From: the human T2T-CHM13v2.0 reference genome, Homo sapiens
Reading direction: 5' to 3' (one strand)
Assembly: GCF_009914755.1 (NCBI RefSeq)
Contig: NC_060936.1
Length of the DNA: 64,000 nt
A program made the translations under genes and the position numbers. Shown here piece after piece: positions 43,958 through 56,756 of this stretch (its first letter is position 1; each line of letters starts with the position of its first letter). Below the pieces are notes generated by a model. It did not search any database, had not been told where the DNA came from, and saw only the letters and a program-made list of their open reading frames with translations.

Positions 43958-44349
43958 AGAGGCAGAAGTTTTGTTTGCACATACATGTCACATATTGGGG
44001 TGGAAAACTCAGTTGGAAAAAATAATAAAAGAATTTGGAAGCATCCAGGCAATTTCAGATATCTGTTTTAATTTGCGTTCTGTAAATCCACTGCGCTGTC
44101 ACCAAGGTATAACAATAGTCATTTTCTCATTCTTTTTTTTTCCATTTGCTGCAATGCAAATGAAACAAATTACCCAGACTTCCAAATTCCATCCTATAAT
44201 AAGATTGGTTTTGGAGATGAGGCAATAGACTAACTTCCCTGTGCTGTTTTCCTAATAAAAAGTGCGCCCTTACTTATATACTGCAAGATACGAGGTTGCT
44301 ACAGGCTATTAACACCATGACCTGCTTACCTTGCAAAGAGCTGTATTTT

Positions 44350-44414
44350 GTGTGTGTGTATGAGACAGAGTCTCGCTCTGTCGCCCAGGCTGGAGTGCAG
44401 TGGTGTGATCTCAG
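44350..44414 (-). mobile_element. Very short 5'-truncated Alu with (CA)n tail
   Basis: About 55 bp of the Alu 3' end; TSD AAGAGCT(G/A)TATTTT. Confidence 0.85.
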
Positions 44415-45394
44415 AAGAGCTATATTTTATGAGCTAGCAACAGCTCATGGCACCTGTCTTAGCCTCTTTTAGCCTATGTTCCAATAGCTCTGCTGCTAGG
44501 TTCCTTCACTAGTGAAAGACAAATCAATCCTTTTCCCACATACCTCCTAAGAGCTGGAGAGGACACTGTCGTTGTGTTTACTGAATAAACCACACCACAG
44601 ATTAACTTGAAGCAAATGTATATCTACTCCTAGTTTGGGCCTGGCTATTACGAGCAGGGTTGAGACTAAGATCCAGTAATTTTTGCCCTGATTTCTTGGT
44701 ATTTTATGTAATGTCGATTCCAAAGCATAAATGTGGACCTATGAGAGAACGTCCAAAGCTAATTTTTCTATCTAAACAAAATAGCGCTTTGAGGAGGTGG
44801 TCAGTCATCTGAAATTCCCCACAGATGCAAATGACCTTTGCAACTGAGAATTATATCTCCTGGTTCAACTGCTGCCTGGAACAACCACTGTCCAGTCTAC
44901 CTTCATGTCCACCCGCAAGGGCCTTCATGGGACCTGGAGTTCCAAGGTCCAGAGATTTCCAAATAAAGCTCCCGGACTCCTCTCTGCATCTTCAGTGCTG
45001 ATTTTACCTGTGTTATATGGAGGCATACTATATAAAATTTCATTTTTTAAAAAAGTGCTTTTTCTGCTTAAATTGTTGTATACACTGACCTATATAATAC
45101 ATGAGAGAAAAAAAGTTTGCATGATATATAGAAGTCCAAGAAATTGAGTCCAAATTCAGTTGTCCACTTTGTAATCTTTTACAAGCTACCTAACTTATCT
45201 GGGTTTCAATTTCCTCTCTTATAAAGTGGGATATATGTGAAAGTGCTCAGCACACATGAATTCAGTTCCTGTTTCCCTTTCCTTAGAATAGATGGGAGGG
45301 CAGAAGGCCTTGTCATATGGTACCAGTTCAGAGTAAGAAACAATGAAACAGGACAAACTGTGAAAGATCTAGAGATTTCAATTTCTGGCCAGTT

Positions 45395-45445
45395 TGTGTG
45401 TGCGTGTGCGTGTGCGTGTGTGTGTGTGTGTGTATGCATGTGTGC
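45395..45445. repeat. (TG/CG)n alternating purine-pyrimidine tract
   Basis: TGTGTGTGCGTGTGCGTGTGCG(TG)n TATGCATGTGTGC. Confidence 0.9.
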
Positions 45446-46999
45446 TTTATTCCATTTTTCCATGGGCTGAAAGGGCCTTCATTTCATTTTTGGAGGAAAC
45501 AGGAATGATTGAACATGGGGAAATTATATTCTACTCCATATGCAGAGCTTTCCCACCCGAGGCAGCCCAGAAATGGAGCAGGAATTGGACCAACTGCCTG
45601 GGACTACAGTCAGGAAGGAAAGAGCCGTGAGAGCCGCCTGGACCAGGACCATCTGGGCCCCTCAGCAGTCCTGGCTCATCGCACACCTCCTTCCAGCACC
45701 AAGCTCAAGGTGATGTGCCCAAAGCTCTTTCGAAGGCATTTCAACTGTTAAGATAACCAGTTCATACAGAAATCCACATCCGGGACCTTAGTTCTCTCAG
45801 AGCACGTAATAGCCACATCTTCCTCCAATTCACCTTCACGTTTAATTGTGTAGTTCTTAGTAATGCTATCTTATCAGAATTATACTAACTTTTCATTTTT
45901 TAACCTTTCTTTCACAAACGTGATGAGATAAATCTGAACATTTGGGTATTAGAAGATAGTTCTGCCAAGTGCGCCCCCCACTCAAAATAAAAACAAAAAC
46001 AAAAAACAACTGAGCATTTCCCGAAAAACTGCTCTCAGAACACTGGCTTCTTTTCCTGTCCTCAACTGAGGATAGAAAGGAACAAAGAGGCAAGTAAAGG
46101 GGCTGTGAGATGATGTGGGAGTAGGTCTTAAAAATGGAGGAGAAAAGAAGGGATTGGGGAACAAAGATGATGGAGAGAGAATGCGTGGGGAAAAAGAAAC
46201 ACGTCATACAAACTGAAATTCCCATATAGAACCCAGAACTGCTGAGAATGCACCCTTTCTCTGGAAGTCACTTGCAGCAACCATGGCTTTATAAGTATTT
46301 TATGTTTTATTTTAGTTTTTTTAATAAGTATGCAAGAGAAAGGTGGTATTACAGAAGATAAAATGCCTTCCTTGCCCAATCCATTCCTAAGGGCCCTTTG
46401 TACAACCCTCTGAACATCTTTCATGCTAGTTACTAAGTTAAGGCCATGCCCTTTGGGAAAAACTAAGTGTCACAGCATAAAATTACAGTGTCTGGGAAGT
46501 CAGCACTGCTAGTTTTAGGATGTAATCTTGTCCTAAGAAATCAGTAAAACTAGATTCCGGGATAAATAAGGCAAACTGCAACGGTTCTTTAGATTGTGTG
46601 CGTTCCTTGAAGGCAGAGACCCTGTCCAGGTTTTCCCTTGAATATCCAATTCTAAAAGAAAACATGTGCTAAATGTTTATTAAATGAACATTGTCTCCTA
46701 CTTAGAAACAACCAGTCTTCATATAAACTCCTTTATGGGCTCTCTACAATTTTCTAATGTTGTTCCACCTTCCTTATGCAAGCATTGAGAAGAAAGTGAG
46801 AAGACTCAGACCTGGTGAGATCTCCACCCAAGCCCTAGTGCAGCCTCTATAAAGTTAATTTTAGAAAACAAGTGAATCCCATATTTCCTATAAATTTTCT
46901 TAGAGAAAAGTGTGAAGAGTTTTAAGTGATTAGAGTACCTCTCACATTAGCTTCCCATGACCCAGTGCCTATTAAGGAGAGGGAAAGAGATAAAATCTA

Positions 47000-48570
47000 T
47001 TGGTCCCCTTTTACAAGCAGTACGAGACTATCATATCTGGGATAAGGAAAACTTGTCGGCTCTCCGCCTGGGGACAATTCTGCAACCTCAGAGCAGCAAG
47101 CTATAATTCAAGCAGAACAAGATAGTCCCACTGAACTAAAGAGGCAAAGACCAGAATTCAGTTCACCTGAAGTGCCTGAAATTTCTAAAAAGGGGCACAA
47201 GGGTGGACGGATTTGTGCAGAGTGGCCACAGAAATCTGTAAGTAGATCCACCCCCCATCCTTGGCATAGGCAACATCACCCGAGGCCTACCAAACAGTGA
47301 TTGCTACAAGGCTGAGAGTGGACTAGAGCTACCAGGGTAGCTGTGCAAGGGACATTGGCAGTCCAGCTCAGCAAAAGTGAGATTTGTTCGGCACCTTTTA
47401 ACAACCTGGGATGTAAATTCAGCTAAGATTAAAAATATCCCGGGTATTCATCCAAAATGCAAAAAGGAACTTAGAACTAAGGAGCCTAGAGTAAAAGCTG
47501 CTCTTCTCAGGTACAAACAAAGCCTAGAACCATGCCCTGACAAGATTTGCAAAGGAGAGTTTTTAGATCGAGTCCCATTAAGTTAGAGGCTCTCGCAAAA
47601 AACATTTTGCTTTCTATAATTCATTCTAACAGAGCATAAAACCAAGCCTATACAATTCTAAAGTGATCAGCTGGTATTGAACTCCCTGCTAGAACAAAAA
47701 TAAACATTCCTCAAGGAAAGATAACATATTCTAGAATATCTGAAACATACCATCTGCAATGTTAAATATATAATAAAAAATTAGGACACACACGAAGAAA
47801 CAGGACAATAGGACCAATGTTAGTGGGGAAAGCAATAAGCAGAAACTGAGCATGAGAAGGATCAAATGTTAAGCTTAGCAGATGAAGATTGCAAAGTAGC
47901 CTTTGTGCATTGTGGAAATAAAAGAAAGTGTGTTCAAAGAATTAAGGGAAAATATATTATTTTATGAGTAAACAAATAGTCTCAGCAGAGAAATGGAAGC
48001 TGTATAAACCAACTAAATGTAAATTCTAGAACTTACACAATACTTGAAATGAAAAATTTTCTTGATTGGCTTAATAGAAAAGAGAAGATCACAGATTTAA
48101 AAAAAGAGCTAGTGAATCTGAATATTGAGAGAAATTTTAGCATCTAAATAACAGGGAACATATATATTTTAAAAATTAACAGAGATTCAGGCATCTTGGG
48201 GGATGATATAAAATGGCCTAATATGTATGTATATAATAGGAGGCTTAGGAGAGAAAAAGAGAAAAGAGGAGAAAAAATATCAGAGGAAAATGCCTTCTAA
48301 TGATGAGAAAACATTGATTCATACATCCAGAAACTCAATGAACCCTGAATAGGCAAACCACCAAGAAAACCACATTAACTTTATAATCAAGCTGTTGAAA
48401 ATGAAAGATACCAAAAAGAACCTTGAAAAAAGCCAAAGGGAAAAGCATGAATGATGGCTGCCATGTCATCAGGAACGATGAAAGCCAAAAATCAATGAAA
48501 TGGCATTTTTAAAGTGCTAGAGTTAAAAATGGTAACCTAGAATTTTGTATACAGTGAAAATATGCTTTAA
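47000..48570 (+). mobile_element. Ancient L1 (L1ME/L1M-type) 5'/ORF1 remnant
   Basis: A-rich degenerate ORF1-like sequence; boundaries approximate. Confidence 0.55.
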
Positions 48571-48574
48571 AAAG

Positions 48575-49600
48575 CAAGGTGAAACTGCTCCCACTTTTGG
48601 CCAAGGTGGAGTCAGATGGACTAGATTTACCCTCCACTCTGAAACAATTGAAAAAAACAAAATATATGAAAGGGCGGTTTTCAAGATATTGAACACTAGG
48701 CAATGAATGCCAGTCATCACAGAAAGATAAATGCATGAGGAAATCCTACAATTGTTCCAGCTTTCTGCCTAAAGATTGTTTCTGGCTGGGTGCAGTGGCT
48801 CACGCCTGTAATCCTAACACTTTGGGAGGTCAAGGCAGGAGGATCGCTTGAAGCCAGGTGTTTAAGACTAGTGAGACCCTGACTCTAAAAAAAAAAAAGA
48901 AAAAATACACACAAAACAAAAAGATTGTTTCTAAGCTATAGTGCAGGGAGACCATGAGGACTCCAGATCCCTTCAGTTGAGAAGACAAGTTGATAGTGTG
49001 AGAAGGACAAGGGAACTAAAGTTCACAGGACAGAGTGGCGGAGAGGAGAGAACTATACAAAGAGAGAGCTCCAAAGATCTTCACAGGGTCCCCATAGATT
49101 CTTCAAGTTAGTATTGATAAGGGCATACATAGGAGAAAACCGCCCAAGGCTGAGAAAAGAACCACCTGAAAGAATTGGAAGGAACAATTTCCAGAGCTGA
49201 CACAGGATCAGAAATAGTTCTCATTCCCACCAGCCAAAGTGAAAGACATTATAATTCGTGGAACAATAGGTGGAATATTCAGAAGGGATTTGCTTAATGG
49301 TGGGATAAAATTAGCCCTTGTATAAATACTGCTTTGGTTTAACCTGACAAAGCTTAAAAGCAAGATCAGAAAGGATCAAACTATTTCCAAGTAACTTAAT
49401 AGTATCCCAAAACAAAGCTCAATAATATTTTATAAAAATAAAAGTATGCAACATATAAGATAAAATTCCCAATGTCTGACATCAAATTAAAAATTATATG
49501 CCATACAGAGAAATGAGACCTCTAGTGAAGGCAACAAAATCAATTAAAATCAAGCTAGAAGCTACAAAGATGATAGAATAAACAAGGATATTAAGACAGA
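48575..49600 (+). mobile_element. L1MC/L1M4-type 5' region; resumes at 56757-57240
   Basis: CCACTTTTGGCCAAGGTGGAGT...ATTTACCCTCC 5' end; ORF1-like sequence continues after the nested insertion. Confidence 0.6.
48784..48920 (+). mobile_element. FLAM/Alu left monomer
   Basis: Monomer + A tail; TSD AAAGATTGTTTCT. Confidence 0.85.
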
Positions 49601-50240
49601 TTTTTTTTTCAATTTTCTATTATGGTAAAATATACACAAAATTCACCATCTTTAACATGTTTATGTGTATGATTCAGTGGTATTAAATACATTCATAATG
49701 CTATGCAATCATATCACTGCTGTTCTTCTCCAAAACACTTTTCATCTTGTTAAATGGAAACTCTATACCCATTAAACAGTAACTGTGGATATTAGTCCCT
49801 TAACAGACATACAACTTGGAAACATTTTCTCCAAATACGTGGGCCGCCATTTTTGCTCTGTTGATAGTGTATTTTCATGCACAACTAAAAAAAAAAATTA
49901 ATGAACTCCAGTTTTCTATTTTTTCCTTATACTTTCTCTGTTTTTGGTATAATATCCAAGAAACAATTGCCAAATTCAATGTTGTAAAGCTTTTGCCCTA
50001 TGTTTTCTTCTAAGAGTTTCATAGTTTTAGGTCTCACATTTAGGTCACGGATCCATTCAAGTTAAAGGCCCCAACTTCATTCTTTTGTATGTGAATACCT
50101 AGTATTTCCAGCACTGTTTGTTGAAAAGACTGTTTTCTCCCCTATTGACTGGTCTTGGCACCCCTGTGAAAACTCATTTGACCATACAGGCAAAGGTTTA
50201 TTTCTGGACTCTATTCTATTTCATTGGTCTACATGTCTGT
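49601..50240 (-). mobile_element. L1MB 3' end and ORF2 C-terminal remnant
   Basis: Poly-T, then GGTAAAATATACAC...TTCAGTGGTATTAAATACATTCATAATG...AACTCTATACCCATTAAACA. Confidence 0.75.
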
Positions 50241-50758
50241 CTTTTGTTTTTCAACTTTTATTTTAGATTTGGGGGTACATGTACAGATTTGTTACAAAGG
50301 TATATCACGTGATGTTGAGGTTTGGGGTGTGAACACACCCATCACCCAGATAGTACCCCATAGGTAACAAAGTACCCCATAAGTAGCTTTTTCACCCTTG
50401 CCTCGACCTCTGTCCCTCCCCCCTTTTGGAGTCCCCAGTGTCTACTCTTCCCATCTTTATGTCCATGAGTACCCAGTGTTTAGCTCCAACTTATAAGTGA
50501 GAACATGTAGTATTTGTTTTTCCATTTCTGCATTAATTCACTTAGGATAATGGCCTCCAGTGCCATCCATTCTGCTGCAAAGAACATGATTTCAGTCTTT
50601 TTATGGCTGGGTAGTATTCCATGGTGTATATTTTCCACAATTTCTTTATGCAATCTATTGTTGGTGGGCACTGAAGTTGATTCCATGTCTTTGCTGTAGT
50701 GAATAGTGCTATATGGACATGAAGGTGTATGTCTTTTTGGTAGAATGATTTGTTTTCT

Positions 50759-51003
50759 GCTCTTATTGCCCAGGCTGGAATGCAATGGCACGATCTCGGC
50801 TCACCACAAACTCTGCCTCCTGGGTTCAAGCGATTCTCAGCCTCCTGAGTAGCTGGGATTACAGGCATGCACCACCATGCCCAGCTAATTTTGTATTTTT
50901 AGTAGAGATGGGGTTTCTTCATTTTGGTCAGGCTGGTCTCGAATGCCCAACCTCAGGCCTCCCAAAGTGCTGGGATTATAGGCATGAGCCACTGTGCCCA
51001 GCC
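50759..51003 (-). mobile_element. Tailless AluS with internal deletions
   Basis: TSD GATTTGTTTTCT; 3' end and A-tail absent. Confidence 0.85.
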
Positions 51004-51333
51004 GATTTGTTTTCTTTTGGATGTATACCCAGTAATGGAATTGCTAGATCAAATAATAGTTCTGTTTTTTTGAGAAATCTCCAAACTGCTTTCCACAGTG
51101 GCTGAACTAATTTACATTCCCACCAACAATGTATATGTGTTCCCTTTTCTCTGTAGCTTCACCATCTGTTTTTTGACTTTTTAATAATAGCCATTCTGAC
51201 TGTGAGATGTTCTCTCATTGTGATTTTGATTTGCATTTCTCTGATGATTAGTAATTATGAGCATTTTTTCGTATGTTTCCAGGCTGCTTACATGTCTTCT
51301 TTTGAGAAGTGTCTGTTCATGTCCTTTGCCTAC

Positions 51334-51644
51334 TTTTTTTTTTTTTTTTTTTTTTTTTTTCTGAGTTGGAGTTTCGCTCTTGTTGCCCAGGCTGGAGTGC
51401 AATGGCATGATCTTGACTCACGGCAACCTCCACTTCCTGGGTTCAAGAGATTCTCCTGCCTCATCCTCCTGAGTAGCTGGGATTATAGGCGTGCATCACT
51501 ACGCCAGGCTAATTTTGTATTTTTAGTAGAGACAGGGTTTCATCATGTTGATCATGCTAGTCTCAAACTCCTGACCTCAGGTGATCCACCCGCCTCGGCC
51601 TCCCAAAGTGCTGGGATTACAGGCATGAGCCACCACGCCTGGCC
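51334..51644 (-). mobile_element. AluS in L1
   Basis: TSD CTTTGCCTACTTTT. Confidence 0.95.
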
Positions 51645-54031
51645 CTTTGCCTACTTTTGAAAGGGCTTATTTGTTTTTGGCTTGTTGATTTGCTTAAGTT
51701 CCCTATAAATTCTGGATATTAGACCTTCGTCGGATGCATAATTTGCAAATATTTTCCCTCATTCTGTAGGTTGTCTGTCTACTCTGTTGATAGTTTCTTT
51801 TGCTGTGCAGAAGCTCTTTGGTTTAATTAGGTCTTACTTGTCTATTTTGTTGTTTCTGTTGCAATAGCAATAAATTCTTTGCCAAGACCAGTGTCAAGAA
51901 AGGTATTTCCTAGGTTTTCTAGGATTTTTATAGTTTGAGGCTTTATCTTTAAGCCTTTAATCCATGTTGAGTTAATTTTTGTATGTGGTAATAGGTAGGG
52001 GTCTAGTTTCATTCTTCTGCATATGGCTAGCCAGTTATCCCAGCACCATTTATTGAATACAGAGTCCTTTTCCCACTGTTTATTTTTGTCAACTTTGTCA
52101 AAGATAAGATAATTATAGGTATGCAACTTTATTTCTGGGTTCTCTATTCTTCTCCATTGGTCTATGTGTTTGCTTTTGTACCAGTATCATACTGTTTTGA
52201 TTACTGTAGGCTTGAAGTATAGTTTGAAGTCAGATAATATAATCCTTTTTACTTAGGATTGTTTTTGGTGTTCAGGTTCCTTTTTGGTTCCATATGAATT
52301 TTAGAATAGTTTTTTTCTAATTCTGTGAAAAATAACAATGGTAGTTTGATAGGAATAGAATTGACTTTATAGATTGTTTAAGGTAGTATGGCCATTTCCA
52401 CAATATCGATTCTTCCAATCTATGAGCATGGAATGTTTTTCAATTTGTTTGTGTCATCTGTGATTTCTTTCACCAATGTTTTGCAGTTCTCCTTGTAGAG
52501 ATCTTTTACCTCCTTGATTAGCTGAATTTCTAGGTATTTTTATGTGTGTGTGGCTCAGCTTGAATGTTATTGGTGTATAGAAATGCTACTGAGTTTTGTA
52601 CATTGATTTCGTATCCTAAAACTTTACTTTTGAAGCCTTTCAGTTTTAGGAGGATTTTGGCGAAGTAGTTAGGGTTTTTCTTAGGGATAGAACCATATCA
52701 AGAGTGAAGAGGGATAGATTGACTTTTTTTTTCTATTTGGATTCATTTTATTTCTTTCTCTTGCCTGATTGCTCTGGCAAGTACTTCCAGTACTATGTTG
52801 AATAGGAGTAGAGAAACTGGGTATCCTTGTCTTGTTCGAATTCTCAAGGGGTATGCTTTCAGTTTTTGCTGGCTTAGTATGATGTTAACTATGGGTTTGT
52901 CATAGATGGCTTTTATTATTTTGAGGTATATTCCTTTGATGCCTGGTTTGTTGAGGCATCATGAAGAGGCTTCATGTTTTTTATCATGAAGAGATGTTAG
53001 ATTTTATAAAAATCATTTTCCATGCCTATTGAGATGATCACATAGTTTTTGTTTTTAATTCTGTTTATGTGATGAATCACATTTATTGATTTGCGTATGT
53101 ATGTTGAGCCAACCTTGCATCCTAAGAAGAAAGCCTCCTTGATTGTGATGAATTAACTTTCTCATGTGCTGATGGATTCAGTTTGCTAGAATTTTGTTAA
53201 GGATTTATGTATCTATATTCATAGGGAATATTGGCCTTTAGTTTTCATATTTTGTTGAGGCTTTGCCAGATTTTGGCATCAGGATGATGCTGGCTTCATA
53301 GAATGAGTTAGGGAGGAGTCACTCCTCCTTAATTTTTTGGAATAGTTTCAGTAGGATTCATACCAGCTCATTTGTATGTCTGGTAAAATTCGGCTGGGAA
53401 TTCCTCTGGTCCAGGGCTTTTTTTAGTTGGTAGATTTTTTATTACTGATTCAATTTTGGAACTCATTACTGGTCTGCTGAGGTTTTCAATTTCTTCCTGA
53501 TGCAATCTTGAGAGGTTGTGTGTTTCCTGGAATTTACCCATTTACTCTAGATTTTCTAGTTTGTGTGTGTAGAGTTTTTCATAACAGTCTGAGGATTTTT
53601 TGTATTTCTGTGGGATCGACTGTAATGTCACCTTTGTCATTTCTGATTGTGCTTATTTGGATCGTTGTTTTTCTTTGTTGATCTAGCTAGTGGTCTATCA
53701 ATCTTGTTTATCTTTTCAAAAAGCCAACTTTCAGTTTCATTGATCCTTTGTATGGATTTTTGGGTCTCAATTTCATTTAGTTCTGCTTGGACTTTAGTTA
53801 CTTCTTTTCTTCTGCTTGCTTTATTTTGTTCATGTTTTTCTAGTTCCTTTAGATGTGATGTTATATCATTAATTTGAGAACTTTCTAACTTTTTGAGATA
53901 GGTGTTTGGCACTATAAACTTTCCTTGTAATAACACTGCTTTTGCTGCCTCCCAGAAATTTTGGTGTGTTCTCTGTTTTCATTTCAATTTTTTTAAATTT
54001 CTGGATTAACTTTGTTATTTATCAATAGAAC

Positions 54032-54356
54032 CACTCTTGATAAGGTTCTATCCCTCAGAAAAACCCTAACGACTTTGCCAAAATCCTCCTAAAACTGAAA
54101 GGCTTCAGTAAAGTTTTAGGATATGAAATCAATGTATAAAACTCAGTAGCATTTCTATACACCAATAACATTCAAGCTGAGCCACATACACATAAAAATA
54201 ACAAGAAATTCAGTTAACTGAGGAGGTAAAAGATCTCTACAAGGAGAACTGCAAAACATTGGTGAAAGAAATCATAGATGATACAAATGGAAAAACATTC
54301 CATGCTCATAGATTCGAAGAATCAATATTGTGAAAATGGCCATACTACCTAAAACA
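54032..54356 (+). repeat. Inverted copy of L1 segment 52375-52706
   Basis: Reverse complement aligns end to end, about 92% by eye. Confidence 0.92.
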
Positions 54357-55696
54357 GCAAAGTAATCCTGAATTACTTTGTTGTAATTCAGGAGCAAGTT
54401 ATATAATTTCCATGTAATTGTGAGGTTTTGGGAGATTTTGGTATTGATTTCTATTTTTAGTCCATTGCAGCCCAAGAGTATGGTTGGTATGATCTTAACT
54501 TTTTAAAAATTTATTGAAACTTGCTTTATGGCTGAGAAAGTGATCAATCGTAGAGTATGTTCCACGTGCTGATGAGAAGAATGTATACTCTGTGGTTAAT
54601 GGGTAGAGTGTTCTCTAGATGACTATTAGGTCTAATTGATCAAGTGTTGAATTTCAGCTGGAATTTCTTTGTTACTTTTCTGCCTTGATGGCCTGTCTAA
54701 TGCTGTCAGTGGGGTGTTGAAGTCTCCTACTATTATTGTGTGGCTGTCTACACATACATTTAAAGGTACTTGTTTCATGAGCCAGGGTTCTCCAATGTTG
54801 GCGGTGTATATATTTAGAATAGTTAAGTCTTGTTGAATGAACCCTTTATTATTATATAATGACTTTCTTTGTCCTGTTTAATGATGTTTGCTTAATGTCT
54901 GCTGCCTCTGATCTAGGAAAAGCAACTTCTGCTCATTCTGAAGAAGTCTCTTGAAAACAGAAGACGGTTGGGTCTTTTTTTTTTTTTTTTTTAATTCAAC
55001 TTGCCACACTGTGCCTTTTAAGCAGGGCATTTACACCATTTACATTCAAGTTTAATATTTATAGGTGAGAGTTTGACCCTGTCATGTTATTAGCTGGTTA
55101 CTTTGTAGTCTCTATTGTGTAGTTGCTTTATAATACCTGTGAGCTATGTATTTAGGTGTGTTTTTGTGGCAGCAGATACTGCTTTTTCATTTCCATGTTT
55201 AGAACTCCCCAGGCCTAAAGGATATCTTGTAAGACTGTTTTAGGGGTAATAAATTCCCTTAGCATTTGCTTGTCTGGAAAAGATTTTATTTCTTCTTTGC
55301 TTATGAAGCTTAGTTTGGTGGAATATTAAGTTCTTTGTTGGAATTTCTTTTCTTTAAGGATCCTGAAAATAGGCCTCCAATCTCTCCTAGCTTGGAAGGT
55401 TTATATTGAGAAGCCTGCTGTTAGCCTGATGGAGTTTCCTTTGTGAGTGATTTGACCCTTTTCTTTAACAGCCTTTAATAATTTTTTCTTTCATGTTGAC
55501 CTTGAAGTCTGATGACTATGTGTCTTGGGGATGGTTCTCTTGTTAGTATCTAGCAGGTGTTCTCCAAATTTCTTGAATTTGTATGTCAACTTCTCTAGCA
55601 AGATTGGGGAAATTTTCATGGACCATACCCTCAAATATATTTTCCGAGGTGCTTATTCTCTATTCCTTCTCTCTTAGGAATGTCAATGAGTCATAG

Positions 55697-56150
55697 TGTG
55701 GGGGTCTGTCCCGCAGACTCTGAGCCAACGACAGATGAATGAAGTACACTGACACACAGATATTCTGCTTTGCCAGTTCAACTGAGCGTCCAGGCCACTT
55801 AGTTGCAGCCGCAGCCCTGACCAGCCAGCAAGACTCGCATTTATTCAGTAAAGATTAATTGACAAAGGCTTGAGTCAACACCACTAGACGGTAATCGACA
55901 TTGTGGACTTCCCGAGTAGAAAACAATTAAGCACCCACAGTAGATCAAAGGTTAGTCTTAGGACCACATGAGTAAACAAGCTAGTTAAGTAAACTCCCCA
56001 CATTCCTTTGTTTCTACTCTAATTTATTTAACTAAGGGGACAAGGCTGCCTTCAGCCAAGTTTATTACTGGAGCTTACGCAAACCCCCCAGGCCTTCCAA
56101 GAAGGTTTCTGGCTTATAATTTTCCCCACCATCCTGACCTAACCCCCACA
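55697..56150 (-). mobile_element. LTR22-like solo LTR (HERV-K HML-5) in L1 ORF1
   Basis: TGTGGGGG...CCCCCACA termini; 6-bp TSD TCATAG; AATAAA on the minus strand at 55845-55840. Confidence 0.85.
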
Positions 56151-56211
56151 TCATAGATTTGGTTTCTTCACATAATCCCATATTTTATGGAGGCTTTGTT
56201 CATTTTTATTA

Positions 56212-56524
56212 AGTTTTTTAATTTATTCATTTTTGAGATAGGTTCTTTCCCTGTAGCCCAGGCTGACGTGCAGTGACACAACCATGGCTCACTGCATCCT
56301 CGACCTCCATGGTTCAAGCTACCCTCCTGTCTCAGCCTCCTGAGTAGCTGGGATTACAAGCACATGCTACCACACATGGCTAATTTTTTTTTTTTTTTTT
56401 TTTTGGTAGAGATGGAGTTTTACCATGTTAGCCAGGCTGGTCTCTAACTCATGGGCTCAAGTGATCTACCTGCCTCGGCCTCCCAAAGTGCTAAGATTAC
56501 AAGCGTGAGCCACCACACCCAGCC
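56212..56524 (-). mobile_element. AluJ
   Basis: Diverged Alu; TSD about TGTTCA(C)TTTTTA. Confidence 0.9.
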
Positions 56525-56579
56525 TGTTCACTTTTTAAAATTCTTTTTTCTTAATTTTATTTTTTATTATTAATTTTTG

Positions 56580-56756
56580 TTATTTACCAAAATTAACTGC
56601 AAATTACCAACCAAGCCTTTCCCTGAAAGTTGCAAGTCATCAATGGATTCCAGAGTTTCAAAGGAGTTACATCAAATAGATTCTGCCAGTGTAATTATTG
56701 TCTAAGTGGGCAGACAGATTTCTGGTACTTCTTACTCTGCCATCTTCACAGAATCC
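56580..56756 (-). mobile_element. L1MB-type extreme 5' end
   Basis: Minus strand reads GGATTCTGTGAAGATGGCAGAGTAAGAAGTACCAGAAATCTGTCTG. Confidence 0.65.

Larger units (their letters stand above)
50241..56575 (-). mobile_element. Large old primate L1 (L1PA15/16-like): 3'UTR, ORF2 and part of ORF1; inactive
   Basis: ORF2 fragments ([36 protein letters not shown]; [11 protein letters not shown]) broken by stops and insertions. Confidence 0.88.

Noticed and set aside
51842-53936. L1 ORF2-like ORFs as an active element
   Set aside because: Fragmented by stops, frameshifts and insertions; no intact promoter
54032-54356. Twin-priming L1 5' inversion
   Set aside because: The inverted piece duplicates sequence still present at 52375-52706, and the L1 resumes in its original orientation afterwards
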